In this document: positions 52,088-61,831 of the stretch, one piece after another
How positions within the stretch are numbered: the first letter of the stretch is position 1
Layout of the letters: the number at the start of each line of letters is the position of its first letter
Assembly: GCA_963808785.1 (NCBI GenBank)
Contig: CAWEGH010000008.1
Span: 2,668 to 66,667, forward strand
Direction: 5' to 3'
Length of the DNA stretch: 64,000 nucleotides
Source: Candidatus Dormiibacterota bacterium
GTDB lineage: Bacteria; Chloroflexota; Dormibacteria; Dormibacterales; Dormibacteraceae
The notes under the pieces: generated by a model
Database searches by the model: none
What the model was told of the DNA's origin: nothing
Seen by the model: only the letters and a program-made list of their open reading frames with translations
Translations under genes and position numbers: made by a program

Positions 52088-53525
52088 GTCACTCTCCTTG
52101 CGGAGAGGCGAGCCGAGCTCGGCGGCTGTCCGCGGAGGTCGCCGAGGCTCGTCCGTCGGCCCGATCGAACGAGGATCCGGCTCATGGCGAGTCGCGAAGG
52201 CACTCGCAGAACCCTCTCAACGCATCGCGGTCCACTCAATGATCGGCCTCCGGGGTGAATCGTCATGGTCGAGCCTCGTAGACGATGTTGAAAGGGGTCT
52301 CTGCGACCCGTCGGAACCGGGTGAATCCGGCGCCCACCACGATGTTGCGGATCTGTGCCTCACCCGCTTGTGCGCCGAGCGCCAAGCGCCCCTCCTGCGA
52401 CAGTGAGCATGGCGTGCACAGCAGCGTGGAGAAGGCGTAATAGGCGCGGCCCACCGGATTGAGGTTGTCCTCCACGCGATCGCCCGCTGCGGGCTCGACA
52501 ATCATCCACGTTCCATCCGGGGCCAATGCGTCTCGTACATGCCGGGCCGCTCCGGCTGGGTCGCCCATGTCATGGAGGCAGTCGAACATGGTCACCAGGT
52601 CGTAGCCCTGACCGGGGAACGCCGCCGCCGGTGCCACCTCGAAGAGGGTTCTTTCGTGGAGACCAGCTGCCGAGGCCCGCCGGCAAGCAGTCGCGACCGA
52701 AGCGCCGTGGTAGTCGTAGCCGACGAACTTCGAGGCGGGGAAAGCTGAGGACATCAGGATGGTCGAGGCCCCGTGTCCGCATCCCACGTCGGCCACCGAG
52801 GCGCCCTCCTCGAGCTTGGCCACAACGCCGTCCAATGCGGGCAACCATTCCGTGACGAGGTGAGCATTGTATCCGGGGCGGAAGAAGCGCTCGCACCCTT
52901 CGTGCACATCGGCCACGTGATCATCCCAGCCGATCCCGGCGCCGGTCTTAGCGACCTGCATGACCCTGGGCGAATCGATCACCGAGCCAAGTGCGATCTG
53001 GAATATCCCGGGCAGATAGGCGGGACTCGACTCGTCAGTGAGGGCGATTGCCTGCTCGGGCGGTAGGCGGTATCTGTTGCTCTCGGGATCGTACTCGACG
53101 AACCGCCCCGCGGCTTGGGCGCACAACCACTCGCGCGTGTAGCGCTCGGCGGTGCCAGTCCGCTCCGCCAGCTCGATGGAGGTGAGTGGCCCGGCGCCCG
53201 CCAGCGCCTTGTACAGGCCCAGCTTGTCACCCATCACCACCAGGGCGGTGTTGAGTGTGGCGCCGACCTCGTCGACGCCTCGGTGGACGAAGCTCATCAG
53301 TTTGTCCATATCCACGCTGACCACGGATGGCTGTACTGTCATGGTTGACTCCTCTCGAATAAATCATCCCGGCGGGTGCATCCTGGGGGCACGAGGGCAA
53401 GGTACGGCAGCCCACGATGCGAAGTCGTCAGGTATTCGCCCTACAAATCGAGCGGCTCAAGAGAGTCGAGAAGACCGTGCTGCATCGCGAAAAGGGTCGC
53501 TGTGGAGCGGGAGGAGGCTCCGATC
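51990..53525. repeat. 1,536-bp perfect direct repeat, copy 1
   Basis: All ORF translations in this span are duplicated identically at +2,886 nt. I checked the boundaries by eye at both ends. Confidence 0.85.
52263..53342 (-). CDS. winged-helix + class I SAM-dependent methyltransferase (Rv2258c-like architecture), copy 1
   Basis: Motif I ASVADVGCGHGAST. N-terminal LGLYKALAGAGPLTSIELAERTGTAERYTREWL. The 359-aa translation is identical to 55149..56228. Confidence 0.8.
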   Translation of the reverse strand: MTVQPSVVSVDMDKLMSFVHRGVDEVGATLNTALVVMGDKLGLYKALAGAGPLTSIELAERTGTAERYTREWLCAQAAGRFVEYDPESNRYRLPPEQAIALTDESSPAYLPGIFQIALGSVIDSPRVMQVAKTGAGIGWDDHVADVHEGCERFFRPGYNAHLVTEWLPALDGVVAKLEEGASVADVGCGHGASTILMSSAFPASKFVGYDYHGASVATACRRASAAGLHERTLFEVAPAAAFPGQGYDLVTMFDCLHDMGDPAGAARHVRDALAPDGTWMIVEPAAGDRVEDNLNPVGRAYYAFSTLLCTPCSLSQEGRLALGAQAGEAQIRNIVVGAGFTRFRRVAETPFNIVYEARP

Positions 53526-53683
53526 CAGCGCCCTCACCGGCTACCTGACCGCCACCGTCCACCTGCCCGGCACCGGCTTCGTGAACCAGCCTGGACCTCG
53601 GCCTCGGGGATCAAAGTGCGCAGCCGCGCCGCCCCGGTGACCGTGCGCTGAGCGTGCCGTCGGCCGCCGCCCGCCCGGCCGGC

Positions 53684-54973
53684 TCAGAGGTTCGGAACGA
53701 TGTTGCTGAGGTAGAAGTTCTGGACGAGGTCGAGGAGGGGCAGCCCGGGAAACTCGTCGCCGGGTGTCACCGGTGCGACGGGCGAATTGACGAGTACGAC
53801 CACCTCAAAGCCCTGGGGCAGGAAGAAGGCGACCGACTGCTCCACGTGACCAGCGGAGTCCACGAAGCCCCCGGGCTTTGCATAGAGCGTGCCCAGCTCG
53901 GTGGAGGCGATTAGATCAACGCCAATGCCGTTGTCGAGTATCGCCTGGGCCTCCTGAGCCCCCAGAATCGGCAGTCTGCCGGTAAGGAAGGTCCCCATGA
54001 CCGAGGCCAGCTCCCCGGCGGTCATGTGCCACCCCGCCCCGCCGGCCATTGTGGTCAGGTCACCCGAGTCCCAGCCTGGCCGCACGGGTGGAATCGCGTA
54101 GGCGATCGCGTCGTCTGTGGGGTGGTCGAGCGTCGGTCCGGATACGCCCGCCGGCGCGAACACGTGGGATGTGACCCAATTCACGTAGTCGGTGATCGTG
54201 ATCGAATCCCAGACCTGGTCCGTCAGGTTCGCGAGCGAGCCCGTCAGCTGGAAATCTACCGGTATCGACCCATGAACGGTGGCAATCAGAATCCGGCAGA
54301 GGCCGTAGTCCATGTTCTCGTACCAGTACTCGCCGTTGTGAACCGCGCCGTCGGCGACCTGCGCCTTCATGTATTCGTAGTCAGACCTGGACGAGACAAC
54401 GCCGTAGCCGATCCCCGACGTGTGGGTCAACAGCTGCAGGAACGTGACCTCGCTGATGCCCGGCCCCTTCGTCCAATACGCCGGAAGGTAGTCGATGATC
54501 GGGGTCTCGGGTGAGATCAACTGGTCGGTAAGGCACTGCATCATCGCGATCGCGGTGATGATCTTGCTGCAACTGGCGATATGCATCCGCACGCCCGTGC
54601 TCCAGGGCTCGTTGGGGCCTGCGAGCCCCCTAACGTGTGCGAAAGGCTCCTGCGCCCACTGATAGGTGAGCGAGCGAACCGGGTCCCCATCCTGGCGCAG
54701 CTCCATCTGGTAACCGGCGACCTGATCCGCAAGTGTGGACTGCAGGTCAGTAATGAACCCGTCGATGTCGAACACGTGCTGGGCGAGTGACGACGGCGAA
54801 ACGGAGTGACTGTCCGGCGGCTGGCCAAGACCCTGATCCGACCTCACTCCCACAACATTCGGTGGGTACATCACATGGGCACGGATGGTCGCCGCATCGA
54901 CCGTGACGCCGCGGATCTGCCTGAGCGCCTCGTCGAGGCGCGCGCTGTCGGTCACGTTCTCAGCGTCGGTCAT
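53684..54973 (-). CDS. beta-lactamase-fold serine hydrolase (paralogue 2)
   Basis: SxxK motif HIASCSKIITAIAM. YxN motif YWYENMDYGLCRIL. The first 35 aa are identical to paralogue 1 and the rest is strongly diverged. Confidence 0.75.
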   Translation of the reverse strand: MTDAENVTDSARLDEALRQIRGVTVDAATIRAHVMYPPNVVGVRSDQGLGQPPDSHSVSPSSLAQHVFDIDGFITDLQSTLADQVAGYQMELRQDGDPVRSLTYQWAQEPFAHVRGLAGPNEPWSTGVRMHIASCSKIITAIAMMQCLTDQLISPETPIIDYLPAYWTKGPGISEVTFLQLLTHTSGIGYGVVSSRSDYEYMKAQVADGAVHNGEYWYENMDYGLCRILIATVHGSIPVDFQLTGSLANLTDQVWDSITITDYVNWVTSHVFAPAGVSGPTLDHPTDDAIAYAIPPVRPGWDSGDLTTMAGGAGWHMTAGELASVMGTFLTGRLPILGAQEAQAILDNGIGVDLIASTELGTLYAKPGGFVDSAGHVEQSVAFFLPQGFEVVVLVNSPVAPVTPGDEFPGLPLLDLVQNFYLSNIVPNL

Positions 54974-56411
54974 GTCACTCTCCTTGCGGAGAGGCGAGCC
55001 GAGCTCGGCGGCTGTCCGCGGAGGTCGCCGAGGCTCGTCCGTCGGCCCGATCGAACGAGGATCCGGCTCATGGCGAGTCGCGAAGGCACTCGCAGAACCC
55101 TCTCAACGCATCGCGGTCCACTCAATGATCGGCCTCCGGGGTGAATCGTCATGGTCGAGCCTCGTAGACGATGTTGAAAGGGGTCTCTGCGACCCGTCGG
55201 AACCGGGTGAATCCGGCGCCCACCACGATGTTGCGGATCTGTGCCTCACCCGCTTGTGCGCCGAGCGCCAAGCGCCCCTCCTGCGACAGTGAGCATGGCG
55301 TGCACAGCAGCGTGGAGAAGGCGTAATAGGCGCGGCCCACCGGATTGAGGTTGTCCTCCACGCGATCGCCCGCTGCGGGCTCGACAATCATCCACGTTCC
55401 ATCCGGGGCCAATGCGTCTCGTACATGCCGGGCCGCTCCGGCTGGGTCGCCCATGTCATGGAGGCAGTCGAACATGGTCACCAGGTCGTAGCCCTGACCG
55501 GGGAACGCCGCCGCCGGTGCCACCTCGAAGAGGGTTCTTTCGTGGAGACCAGCTGCCGAGGCCCGCCGGCAAGCAGTCGCGACCGAAGCGCCGTGGTAGT
55601 CGTAGCCGACGAACTTCGAGGCGGGGAAAGCTGAGGACATCAGGATGGTCGAGGCCCCGTGTCCGCATCCCACGTCGGCCACCGAGGCGCCCTCCTCGAG
55701 CTTGGCCACAACGCCGTCCAATGCGGGCAACCATTCCGTGACGAGGTGAGCATTGTATCCGGGGCGGAAGAAGCGCTCGCACCCTTCGTGCACATCGGCC
55801 ACGTGATCATCCCAGCCGATCCCGGCGCCGGTCTTAGCGACCTGCATGACCCTGGGCGAATCGATCACCGAGCCAAGTGCGATCTGGAATATCCCGGGCA
55901 GATAGGCGGGACTCGACTCGTCAGTGAGGGCGATTGCCTGCTCGGGCGGTAGGCGGTATCTGTTGCTCTCGGGATCGTACTCGACGAACCGCCCCGCGGC
56001 TTGGGCGCACAACCACTCGCGCGTGTAGCGCTCGGCGGTGCCAGTCCGCTCCGCCAGCTCGATGGAGGTGAGTGGCCCGGCGCCCGCCAGCGCCTTGTAC
56101 AGGCCCAGCTTGTCACCCATCACCACCAGGGCGGTGTTGAGTGTGGCGCCGACCTCGTCGACGCCTCGGTGGACGAAGCTCATCAGTTTGTCCATATCCA
56201 CGCTGACCACGGATGGCTGTACTGTCATGGTTGACTCCTCTCGAATAAATCATCCCGGCGGGTGCATCCTGGGGGCACGAGGGCAAGGTACGGCAGCCCA
56301 CGATGCGAAGTCGTCAGGTATTCGCCCTACAAATCGAGCGGCTCAAGAGAGTCGAGAAGACCGTGCTGCATCGCGAAAAGGGTCGCTGTGGAGCGGGAGG
56401 AGGCTCCGATC
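54876..56411. repeat. 1,536-bp perfect direct repeat, copy 2
   Basis: See copy 1. Offset 2,886 nt. Confidence 0.85.
55149..56228 (-). CDS. winged-helix + class I SAM-dependent methyltransferase, copy 2
   Basis: The 359-aa translation is identical to 52263..53342. Confidence 0.8.
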   Translation of the reverse strand: MTVQPSVVSVDMDKLMSFVHRGVDEVGATLNTALVVMGDKLGLYKALAGAGPLTSIELAERTGTAERYTREWLCAQAAGRFVEYDPESNRYRLPPEQAIALTDESSPAYLPGIFQIALGSVIDSPRVMQVAKTGAGIGWDDHVADVHEGCERFFRPGYNAHLVTEWLPALDGVVAKLEEGASVADVGCGHGASTILMSSAFPASKFVGYDYHGASVATACRRASAAGLHERTLFEVAPAAAFPGQGYDLVTMFDCLHDMGDPAGAARHVRDALAPDGTWMIVEPAAGDRVEDNLNPVGRAYYAFSTLLCTPCSLSQEGRLALGAQAGEAQIRNIVVGAGFTRFRRVAETPFNIVYEARP

Positions 56412-57928
56412 TTGGAGTAAATCCGCTCTATATGCGTGCCGGCCGTCTTCGGGGTGATTCCGAGAAAGCGTGCTACCTGCTTGTTCGCCGCACCGCGGGC
56501 GATGAGGAGCAGCACCTCGATCTCGCGCTCGGTCAGACCGGCCGCGACACTGTGCCGCCTACTTCGCCGCCGCCCCGTAGCGGTGAGGACCGCGTCGACT
56601 GCATCCGGGGCCAAGCGACCGGACCGGACTTGGAGTCGGAGCTGCTCGATGGCCACCTTCGCCGTGAGTGCCGGGCGGTAGGAGCGAGGCTCGGTCATTG
56701 CCTGGTAAGCGCAGGCGGCAGCGAGGATCCGTCCGCCTAGGGGGATCGCCGGCCCTACCAGGCCCCGGTGATAGCCCGAGCCATCGAGTCGCTCGTTTAC
56801 CGTCGCCGCGACCGCACCGATTCGGGCCAAGGCCGCTGGGCGGCTCAGCATTCGTTCGGTGTAGTAGGCGTGCATCCGCACCCGCTCCCGTTCGCGGACG
56901 GTAAGCGGCCCGGGCTTGTCGAGGATGGTGGCCGGTATGCCGTGGAACCCTAGATCGTGCACCAGGCCGGCTCGGCGTATCAGTCGGACCTGAGGCGGCG
57001 GCAGGCCGCAAAGCTCACCGGCAGCGCTAGCCAAGTTGGCCACCGCTCGGGAGTGCCCCGCACGAAACGTCGACCGCAGGTCGGTGAAGTCCGCGATCGC
57101 CTCCAGCGCGCCGTCCAGGTCGTCCCCTGTCAGTCGGCGCTGCAGGCCCGATTCGCGCTCGATCAGCCCGTCCCAGTCAGGCACCTCGTTCATGTCTGCG
57201 AGCACCTCCGCCGGGGCCGCGCAGAACGCATCCACTACCGCGGGGTCGAACTGGCCGCCGCGCCACGATTCGGCCAGCTCAACAGCTTCATCGAGGCCCT
57301 CCGTGCGGTGGATCACCTCCAGCACGTCGGCAAGATGGAACAGCCGCATGGTCAGGGCGATCTGCTCGCCGGCGATCCCGACAGGGACGCCCTTGCCGTC
57401 CCAGCGAGTGAACACTTGCTGCAGCGGATTACAGATCTCGCTGAGACCCAACCTTTCCGCCATAACCGCCGTCGTCGCGCAGTGAGCCATCAGCCCCCGC
57501 TCCACGGCCGCACCCCCGGTGGCGACCAGCGCGGCTGCGAGGCGGAGGCGATGCAATGGCGAGCCCCCCGCGCCGACGTGGCGGAGCACGAACGCCGTCA
57601 TCGGCAGTCCAGCCCGATCCACGCCGAAGCTGTCGCCTCGGTACGCGATGTCGTTGCCGAACCACGCCGCCACCTCCGGCGTGTCTGCAACACAACCGAC
57701 CCAGCTCAACGTGGCCACGTAGAAGAGTAACTCGCGCTCGTTCGCCTGCAAGCCGATGCGCTCGCTCATGCGTGCAGCAATCAGCCATGCCCGCAGGACA
57801 TGCTCCATGGGCTGGCCGAGGCCGAGATCGGTCGCAAGCGAGAATGCAGCGATCAGTTCAGACAGACGAACACCTGAGTCATCACTCATGTCTCTTCTTG
57901 TCGGGGGAGTCGCCACTGTGGATTTCAC
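56327..57928 (-). CDS. HD-GYP-like phosphohydrolase domain fused to a LuxR-type HTH
   Basis: LVHDLGFHGIPATILDKPGPLTVRERERVRMH...NERLDGSGYHRGL (HD-GYP pattern with HHE replaced by VNE). C-terminus LTEREIEVLLLIARGAANKQVARFLGITPKTAGTHIERIYSKIG. Confidence 0.75.
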   Translation of the reverse strand: MKSTVATPPTRRDMSDDSGVRLSELIAAFSLATDLGLGQPMEHVLRAWLIAARMSERIGLQANERELLFYVATLSWVGCVADTPEVAAWFGNDIAYRGDSFGVDRAGLPMTAFVLRHVGAGGSPLHRLRLAAALVATGGAAVERGLMAHCATTAVMAERLGLSEICNPLQQVFTRWDGKGVPVGIAGEQIALTMRLFHLADVLEVIHRTEGLDEAVELAESWRGGQFDPAVVDAFCAAPAEVLADMNEVPDWDGLIERESGLQRRLTGDDLDGALEAIADFTDLRSTFRAGHSRAVANLASAAGELCGLPPPQVRLIRRAGLVHDLGFHGIPATILDKPGPLTVRERERVRMHAYYTERMLSRPAALARIGAVAATVNERLDGSGYHRGLVGPAIPLGGRILAAACAYQAMTEPRSYRPALTAKVAIEQLRLQVRSGRLAPDAVDAVLTATGRRRSRRHSVAAGLTEREIEVLLLIARGAANKQVARFLGITPKTAGTHIERIYSKIGASSRSTATLFAMQHGLLDSLEPLDL

Positions 57929-58338
57929 CAGTGCGGGTCGGGGGTCTCGCCGAGGCGGTGCAGCACGTGCAAAACCTACTCGTACCCAGCGGCCGGCGCC
58001 TTGTCGATCGAACGGGAATCACCGGGACCCCTCCCGTCAGAGCGGACATACTCGGCGGCACCCAGAAGAAACATCGCATGCGTCGTACGAAGGTCCTCGG
58101 GTCGTCGGTTGGCGCGTCAGGTCCGTTGACAAGCACCGCGGCCGCTCCGGTGGCAGTCAGGTCTCAGATCGACCAAGATGCGTTGCACCAAGGAACGCGA
58201 CCTCCTGGGTCGCACCGTGCCGCATGGTTGCCGGTGCGTCCTAAATGGGGCGAAGGGGTGCAGGGGGAACCGCCCCGGCGTCGGTTCCCCCGCCCGGTCC
58301 GCCAGGACCGACGTGATGGCCGCCTCCGATCAAACCAA

Positions 58339-59412
58339 ACACATGTATGGGGTATCCATTTGAGTGGCAGCGCCCCCAAGATCTAGTAATCGCTCCGGGG
58401 CGCGATGAGCTCGTAGTACGGATGAGGATCGGTGGCAACGGCCTGCTCCACGAGCCGGTACCAGAGCAGCCCGCGAGCCTTGGAGGCTCGACGGTTGAAG
58501 CGGAACGTGTACTCGTCGAGGTAGTACCCGAGCTGACGGGCATCCAGGCCGTTCTGGATGGTTCCGGCGAGCCAGCGTTTGAGCAGCGACGCGACTCGGT
58601 GGACACCCGGCAGCAGTTCGTGCGCCAACGAGCCGGAGTGCTCGATGGTCCGCTGATCGACGGTCACTCCGACCTTCTCGCCGAAGTCCTGGTAAAGGGG
58701 GTCGCCATCCGTCTGCAGGATCGATCCCGGGGCCACGTTCGTTTTCGCGAAGCTCACCAGGTCGAGCTTTCGACGCGTCCGGTCGATGACCGACATCCGA
58801 ATGCGACCCAGCCCTCGCATCTGAGCCGCTGCATGCTCGACCGCGATCACGACCTCGGCCTTGTTGTAGTACCGCGGCGTATTCATTCCGGGCGTCCGGC
58901 CACCGATGAAGGTGCAGTCCATCTCGACCACTCGGCCTGGACCTCCGAGCTTCTCGCGGTCCGGACGCACCATGGCGCGGCGCAGTTTGTGCATCCAGGC
59001 CCAGGCGGTCTGGTACGAGCCGAACCCGAGGACGCGCTGCAGACCCAGGGCCGAGACGCCGTTCTTCTGGGCGCAGATGAACCACATAGCCGCGAACCAG
59101 GTCGGGAGCGGCAGGTGCGAACGGTGGAAGATCGTGCCCGCGGTTGCCGACGTTTTGCGCCCACAGCGCCGGCACATCCATCGGGGCCCGGCCACTTTCC
59201 AGGCGTCCCCGTGCCCACATGCCGGACACACGAAGCCAGCCTTCCACCGCACACGGGCCAGGAACTCGACGCAACTGCCCTCGTCCGGAAACCATCGCTC
59301 GAATGCCTGCCAGCCTCCGGGGTAGTCGCGACCGGCTTGAGGGTGATCTTCATCTGCCACGAGCACAAGATACTGGGGCTACTGCATTCAAGCAGATACC
59401 CCATACACATGT
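58339..59412 (-). mobile_element. IS1595-family insertion sequence
   Basis: Terminal inverted repeats ACACATGTATGGGGTATC (58339-58356) and GATACCCCATACACATGT (59395-59412) match at 16 of 18 positions. No clear target duplication seen. Confidence 0.8.
58383..59366 (-). CDS. IS1595-family (ISXO2-like) transposase
   Basis: N-terminal zinc ribbon FVCPACGH...WMCRRCGRKTS. DDE region VEMDCTFIGG...ILQTDGDPLY...DEYTFRFNRR. Confidence 0.9.
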   Translation of the reverse strand: MLVADEDHPQAGRDYPGGWQAFERWFPDEGSCVEFLARVRWKAGFVCPACGHGDAWKVAGPRWMCRRCGRKTSATAGTIFHRSHLPLPTWFAAMWFICAQKNGVSALGLQRVLGFGSYQTAWAWMHKLRRAMVRPDREKLGGPGRVVEMDCTFIGGRTPGMNTPRYYNKAEVVIAVEHAAAQMRGLGRIRMSVIDRTRRKLDLVSFAKTNVAPGSILQTDGDPLYQDFGEKVGVTVDQRTIEHSGSLAHELLPGVHRVASLLKRWLAGTIQNGLDARQLGYYLDEYTFRFNRRASKARGLLWYRLVEQAVATDPHPYYELIAPRSDY

Positions 59413-59552
59413 ACGAGGCTGGGCCGCCCCGGGAGCCGCGAAACGCCGTGGATGCCACCCCGTCCGGGTGCCGGACTATCCCGGGAGCCCGGGCATGTCG
59501 CGCCCCCCGTCCGGACTGGACCCCGGTCGCTGCTCCGGAGCGACCATGGATG

Positions 59553-59966
59553 TCACGTCGGCCCGCGCGGGGCCTTCCGCCGGCGAGGTTTCCAGAGCCG
59601 CCCGCCCCGCGGCCCGTACACGAACGCGGTCGCTGGGGCTTGGTCAACCATTCGGTGTACCCACCGGTGGACAATCTCCGAGCGCCACTGATCCTCGGAG
59701 AGCGCCGAGCCGCGAGGCAGGGCGTCGGTGATGCACACCGATACCGTCGATCGCGCGATGGCGTCCGCGTGGTCACGAGGCATGTTGACATCCCCGGTCA
59801 CGAGGACAGGGTCCGGCTCGCGCTGTGTGAGCTCATCCAGCAGCGCCGAGTCATCAGCGCCACGCAGCCCGAGGGCACCGATCGTGATGGCCCGCCGCCC
59901 GCGTCGATCCAGTTCGGTCGCGAGCCGCTTGTGGAGGCTTTCGTCGACCACGATGAGCCGGGCCAA
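59553..59966 (-). CDS. PIN-like toxin-type protein (DUF5615/Mut7-C-like)
   Basis: MARLIVVDESLHKRLATELDRRGRRAITIGALGLRGADDSALLDEL...PVLVTGDVNM. Lies immediately downstream of a DUF433-type gene. Confidence 0.6.
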   Translation of the reverse strand: MARLIVVDESLHKRLATELDRRGRRAITIGALGLRGADDSALLDELTQREPDPVLVTGDVNMPRDHADAIARSTVSVCITDALPRGSALSEDQWRSEIVHRWVHRMVDQAPATAFVYGPRGGRLWKPRRRKAPRGPT

Positions 59967-59974
59967 GCTCGGGC

Positions 59975-60655
59975 TCAGGCGGCTGGCGCGAGTTCTGAAA
60001 CGGCCGCGTACCAGCGGACAGCGTCGTCGATCTCCGCGTCAGAGAGGTCGTAGCCCTCACGAAGCGTCGCCCACCCATCGTGTTCGGCTGCCATCCGGGC
60101 GACCTGCTCCGCAGGGATGCGGCGACCACGGACACTTGGCGTCCCGCCGATCTTCGCGGGATCCACCTCGATCGTCTTGACATCCAGGTCGCGAACCACC
60201 CAACCACCTCGCCGAAGCAGGGCTGCGATCTCCTGCAGGTGCGCGTACGGCAGTAAGGGCTGATCACCACGTGCGTGATTCGCGTGGAGTACCTCGCGCC
60301 CTTCTCGGACGCCGAGGAAGGGCGCCGCACCCTCGTCAACATCGGCCGTGACCAGGTCGGCCGTAGTCAACGGCCAGTCCCCGTACTTCTCCCGCAGGTT
60401 TTGGATCGCCGAGCGGATCTCCCGCTGGGGAACACCGCGGTCCAGCAGCTCGTGCACCACGATCGCTTCGGCGACGTCCTGGAAGCTGTACACGCGGGGC
60501 CGACCCTCCGACCGTGACGACCGGATGTATCCGTGCCGGGCCCATTGGCCAATTCGGTCGCCGGACACTCCGGCGAGCCAGCCGACCTCATGTGCCAGGT
60601 ACCACCCCACCGGCGGTGACTCCGCTTGGTGGGTGACGGTTTGCATGCCGGTCAT
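59975..60655 (-). CDS. MerR-like HTH + DUF433 domain protein (putative antitoxin partner)
   Basis: WYLAHEVGWLAGVSGDRIGQWARHGYI...YSFQDVAEAIVVHELL (MerR-like). C-terminus DPAKIGGTPSVRGRRIPAEQVARMAAEHDG...YDLSDAEIDDAVRWY (DUF433). The start is uncertain, between 60646 and 60775. Confidence 0.6.
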   Translation of the reverse strand: MTGMQTVTHQAESPPVGWYLAHEVGWLAGVSGDRIGQWARHGYIRSSRSEGRPRVYSFQDVAEAIVVHELLDRGVPQREIRSAIQNLREKYGDWPLTTADLVTADVDEGAAPFLGVREGREVLHANHARGDQPLLPYAHLQEIAALLRRGGWVVRDLDVKTIEVDPAKIGGTPSVRGRRIPAEQVARMAAEHDGWATLREGYDLSDAEIDDAVRWYAAVSELAPAA

Positions 60656-60764
60656 CCTATCCATCTCGGGCATCCAAGGCTCCCCGAACGAATGTACGAG
60701 CCCTGAGACGGCCGCAACGCCCGGAAAGGCACTCGCGCAACTCCTGACACGTGGTCCCGGACGG

Positions 60765-61706
60765 TCAGTCGCCATCGGGCCGCAGCGCCTTGATGAGCGC
60801 GTTGTAGACGTCGCCGGAGGTCAGGTGGCCGTAGTGCTGGTGGATCATCCGCAGCGACGTGTGGCCCAGCATCTCGGCCACCAGCATCGGGTTCATCCCC
60901 TGCTGCAGAAGAAACGTGGCGGCCGCGTGCCGGAAGGCATGGGGCCGTACGGGCTTCCCCAGGTCCGCGGCGTCGCCCAGGTTGTAGAGCATCTGCTCCA
61001 GGCCGGCGTAGGAGAGCGGACGGTCGAGCCCGGTGCGGTCGCGCTTGAGCGTTCGAAAGAGGTGCTGCTCCGGGTCCAGGTGGCGGCCAAGACGGCGCAT
61101 CCGGCGGAAGGTCGACGGCGTGACCGGCACCAGCCGCTCGCGCGATCCCTTGCCGAAGACCTTGACCATGGTCCGCGGGCCGCTCTGCGTCAGGTCTCGC
61201 ATCCGGATCCCCAGGAGCTCTGAGGCGCGCAGGCCAGTCTCGGACAGGACACGCACGATGACCGCATCACGGTCGGAGCGGGCGAGATCCTCGAGCTTGG
61301 CGATCTCTTCCCGTGTCAGGACGTCCATCACGCGCTTAGGCAGACGCGGGGTCCGAGCTCGTGCTCGGCCTCCGCCGCCCTCCCGCTCTGCCCAACCGAG
61401 GAAGACGTTGATCGCGTTGAGGTAGGAGTTGACGCTGTACTTGCTGAGGGGCTTGCCTCTCGCTGCGCCCACGCCCTCCTGCAGCTGGATCGAGAGCCGG
61501 TTTAGGGTCCGCTGATCGAGCTGGGCCACGTCGTCGATGCCTTCGCGGTCGCAGAACGGGAGCAACACCTTCTCCAGCGGATAGCGGTATGTCACCCGCA
61601 GGGTCTTCGGCGAGAGGCCTCGCGCGGCGCAGTCCAGGAGGTAGTCCGACACCAGCCGCGAGATTGCGGAGGGGGGCTCCGTTTTCGATACGAGTTTTAC
61701 GTTCAA
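60765..61706 (-). CDS. tyrosine-type site-specific integrase
   Basis: TTG start at 61706. RDAVIVRVLSETGLRASELLGI...; HAFRHAAATFLLQQGMNPMLVAEMLGHTSLRMIHQHYGH. Confidence 0.9.
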   Translation of the reverse strand: MNVKLVSKTEPPSAISRLVSDYLLDCAARGLSPKTLRVTYRYPLEKVLLPFCDREGIDDVAQLDQRTLNRLSIQLQEGVGAARGKPLSKYSVNSYLNAINVFLGWAEREGGGGRARARTPRLPKRVMDVLTREEIAKLEDLARSDRDAVIVRVLSETGLRASELLGIRMRDLTQSGPRTMVKVFGKGSRERLVPVTPSTFRRMRRLGRHLDPEQHLFRTLKRDRTGLDRPLSYAGLEQMLYNLGDAADLGKPVRPHAFRHAAATFLLQQGMNPMLVAEMLGHTSLRMIHQHYGHLTSGDVYNALIKALRPDGD

Positions 61707-61793
61707 ACCTGGGTTACTGTACTATCTAAGTGCGATCGTCGTCAAGGGGTCGCAAGCGATCGTGAGAAGCTCGAAGAGGCTACTTTTGAATAC

Positions 61794-61819
61794 AAAAAAG
61801 CCCGAGCCGAAGCCCGGGC
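61794..61819 (-). terminator. intrinsic terminator following the right copy of the 33-nt repeat
   Basis: Minus strand: GCCCGGGC-TTCG-GCTCGGGC followed by TTTTTTG. Confidence 0.65.
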
Positions 61820-61831
61820 GTGGACAATGTC

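Noticed and set aside
58263-58291. Perfect 10-bp hairpin GGGGGAACCG-N9-CGGTTCCCCC just left of the IS1595 end.
   Set aside because: There is no U-tract on either strand and no adjacent gene end. I note it only as a GC-rich palindrome of unclear meaning.
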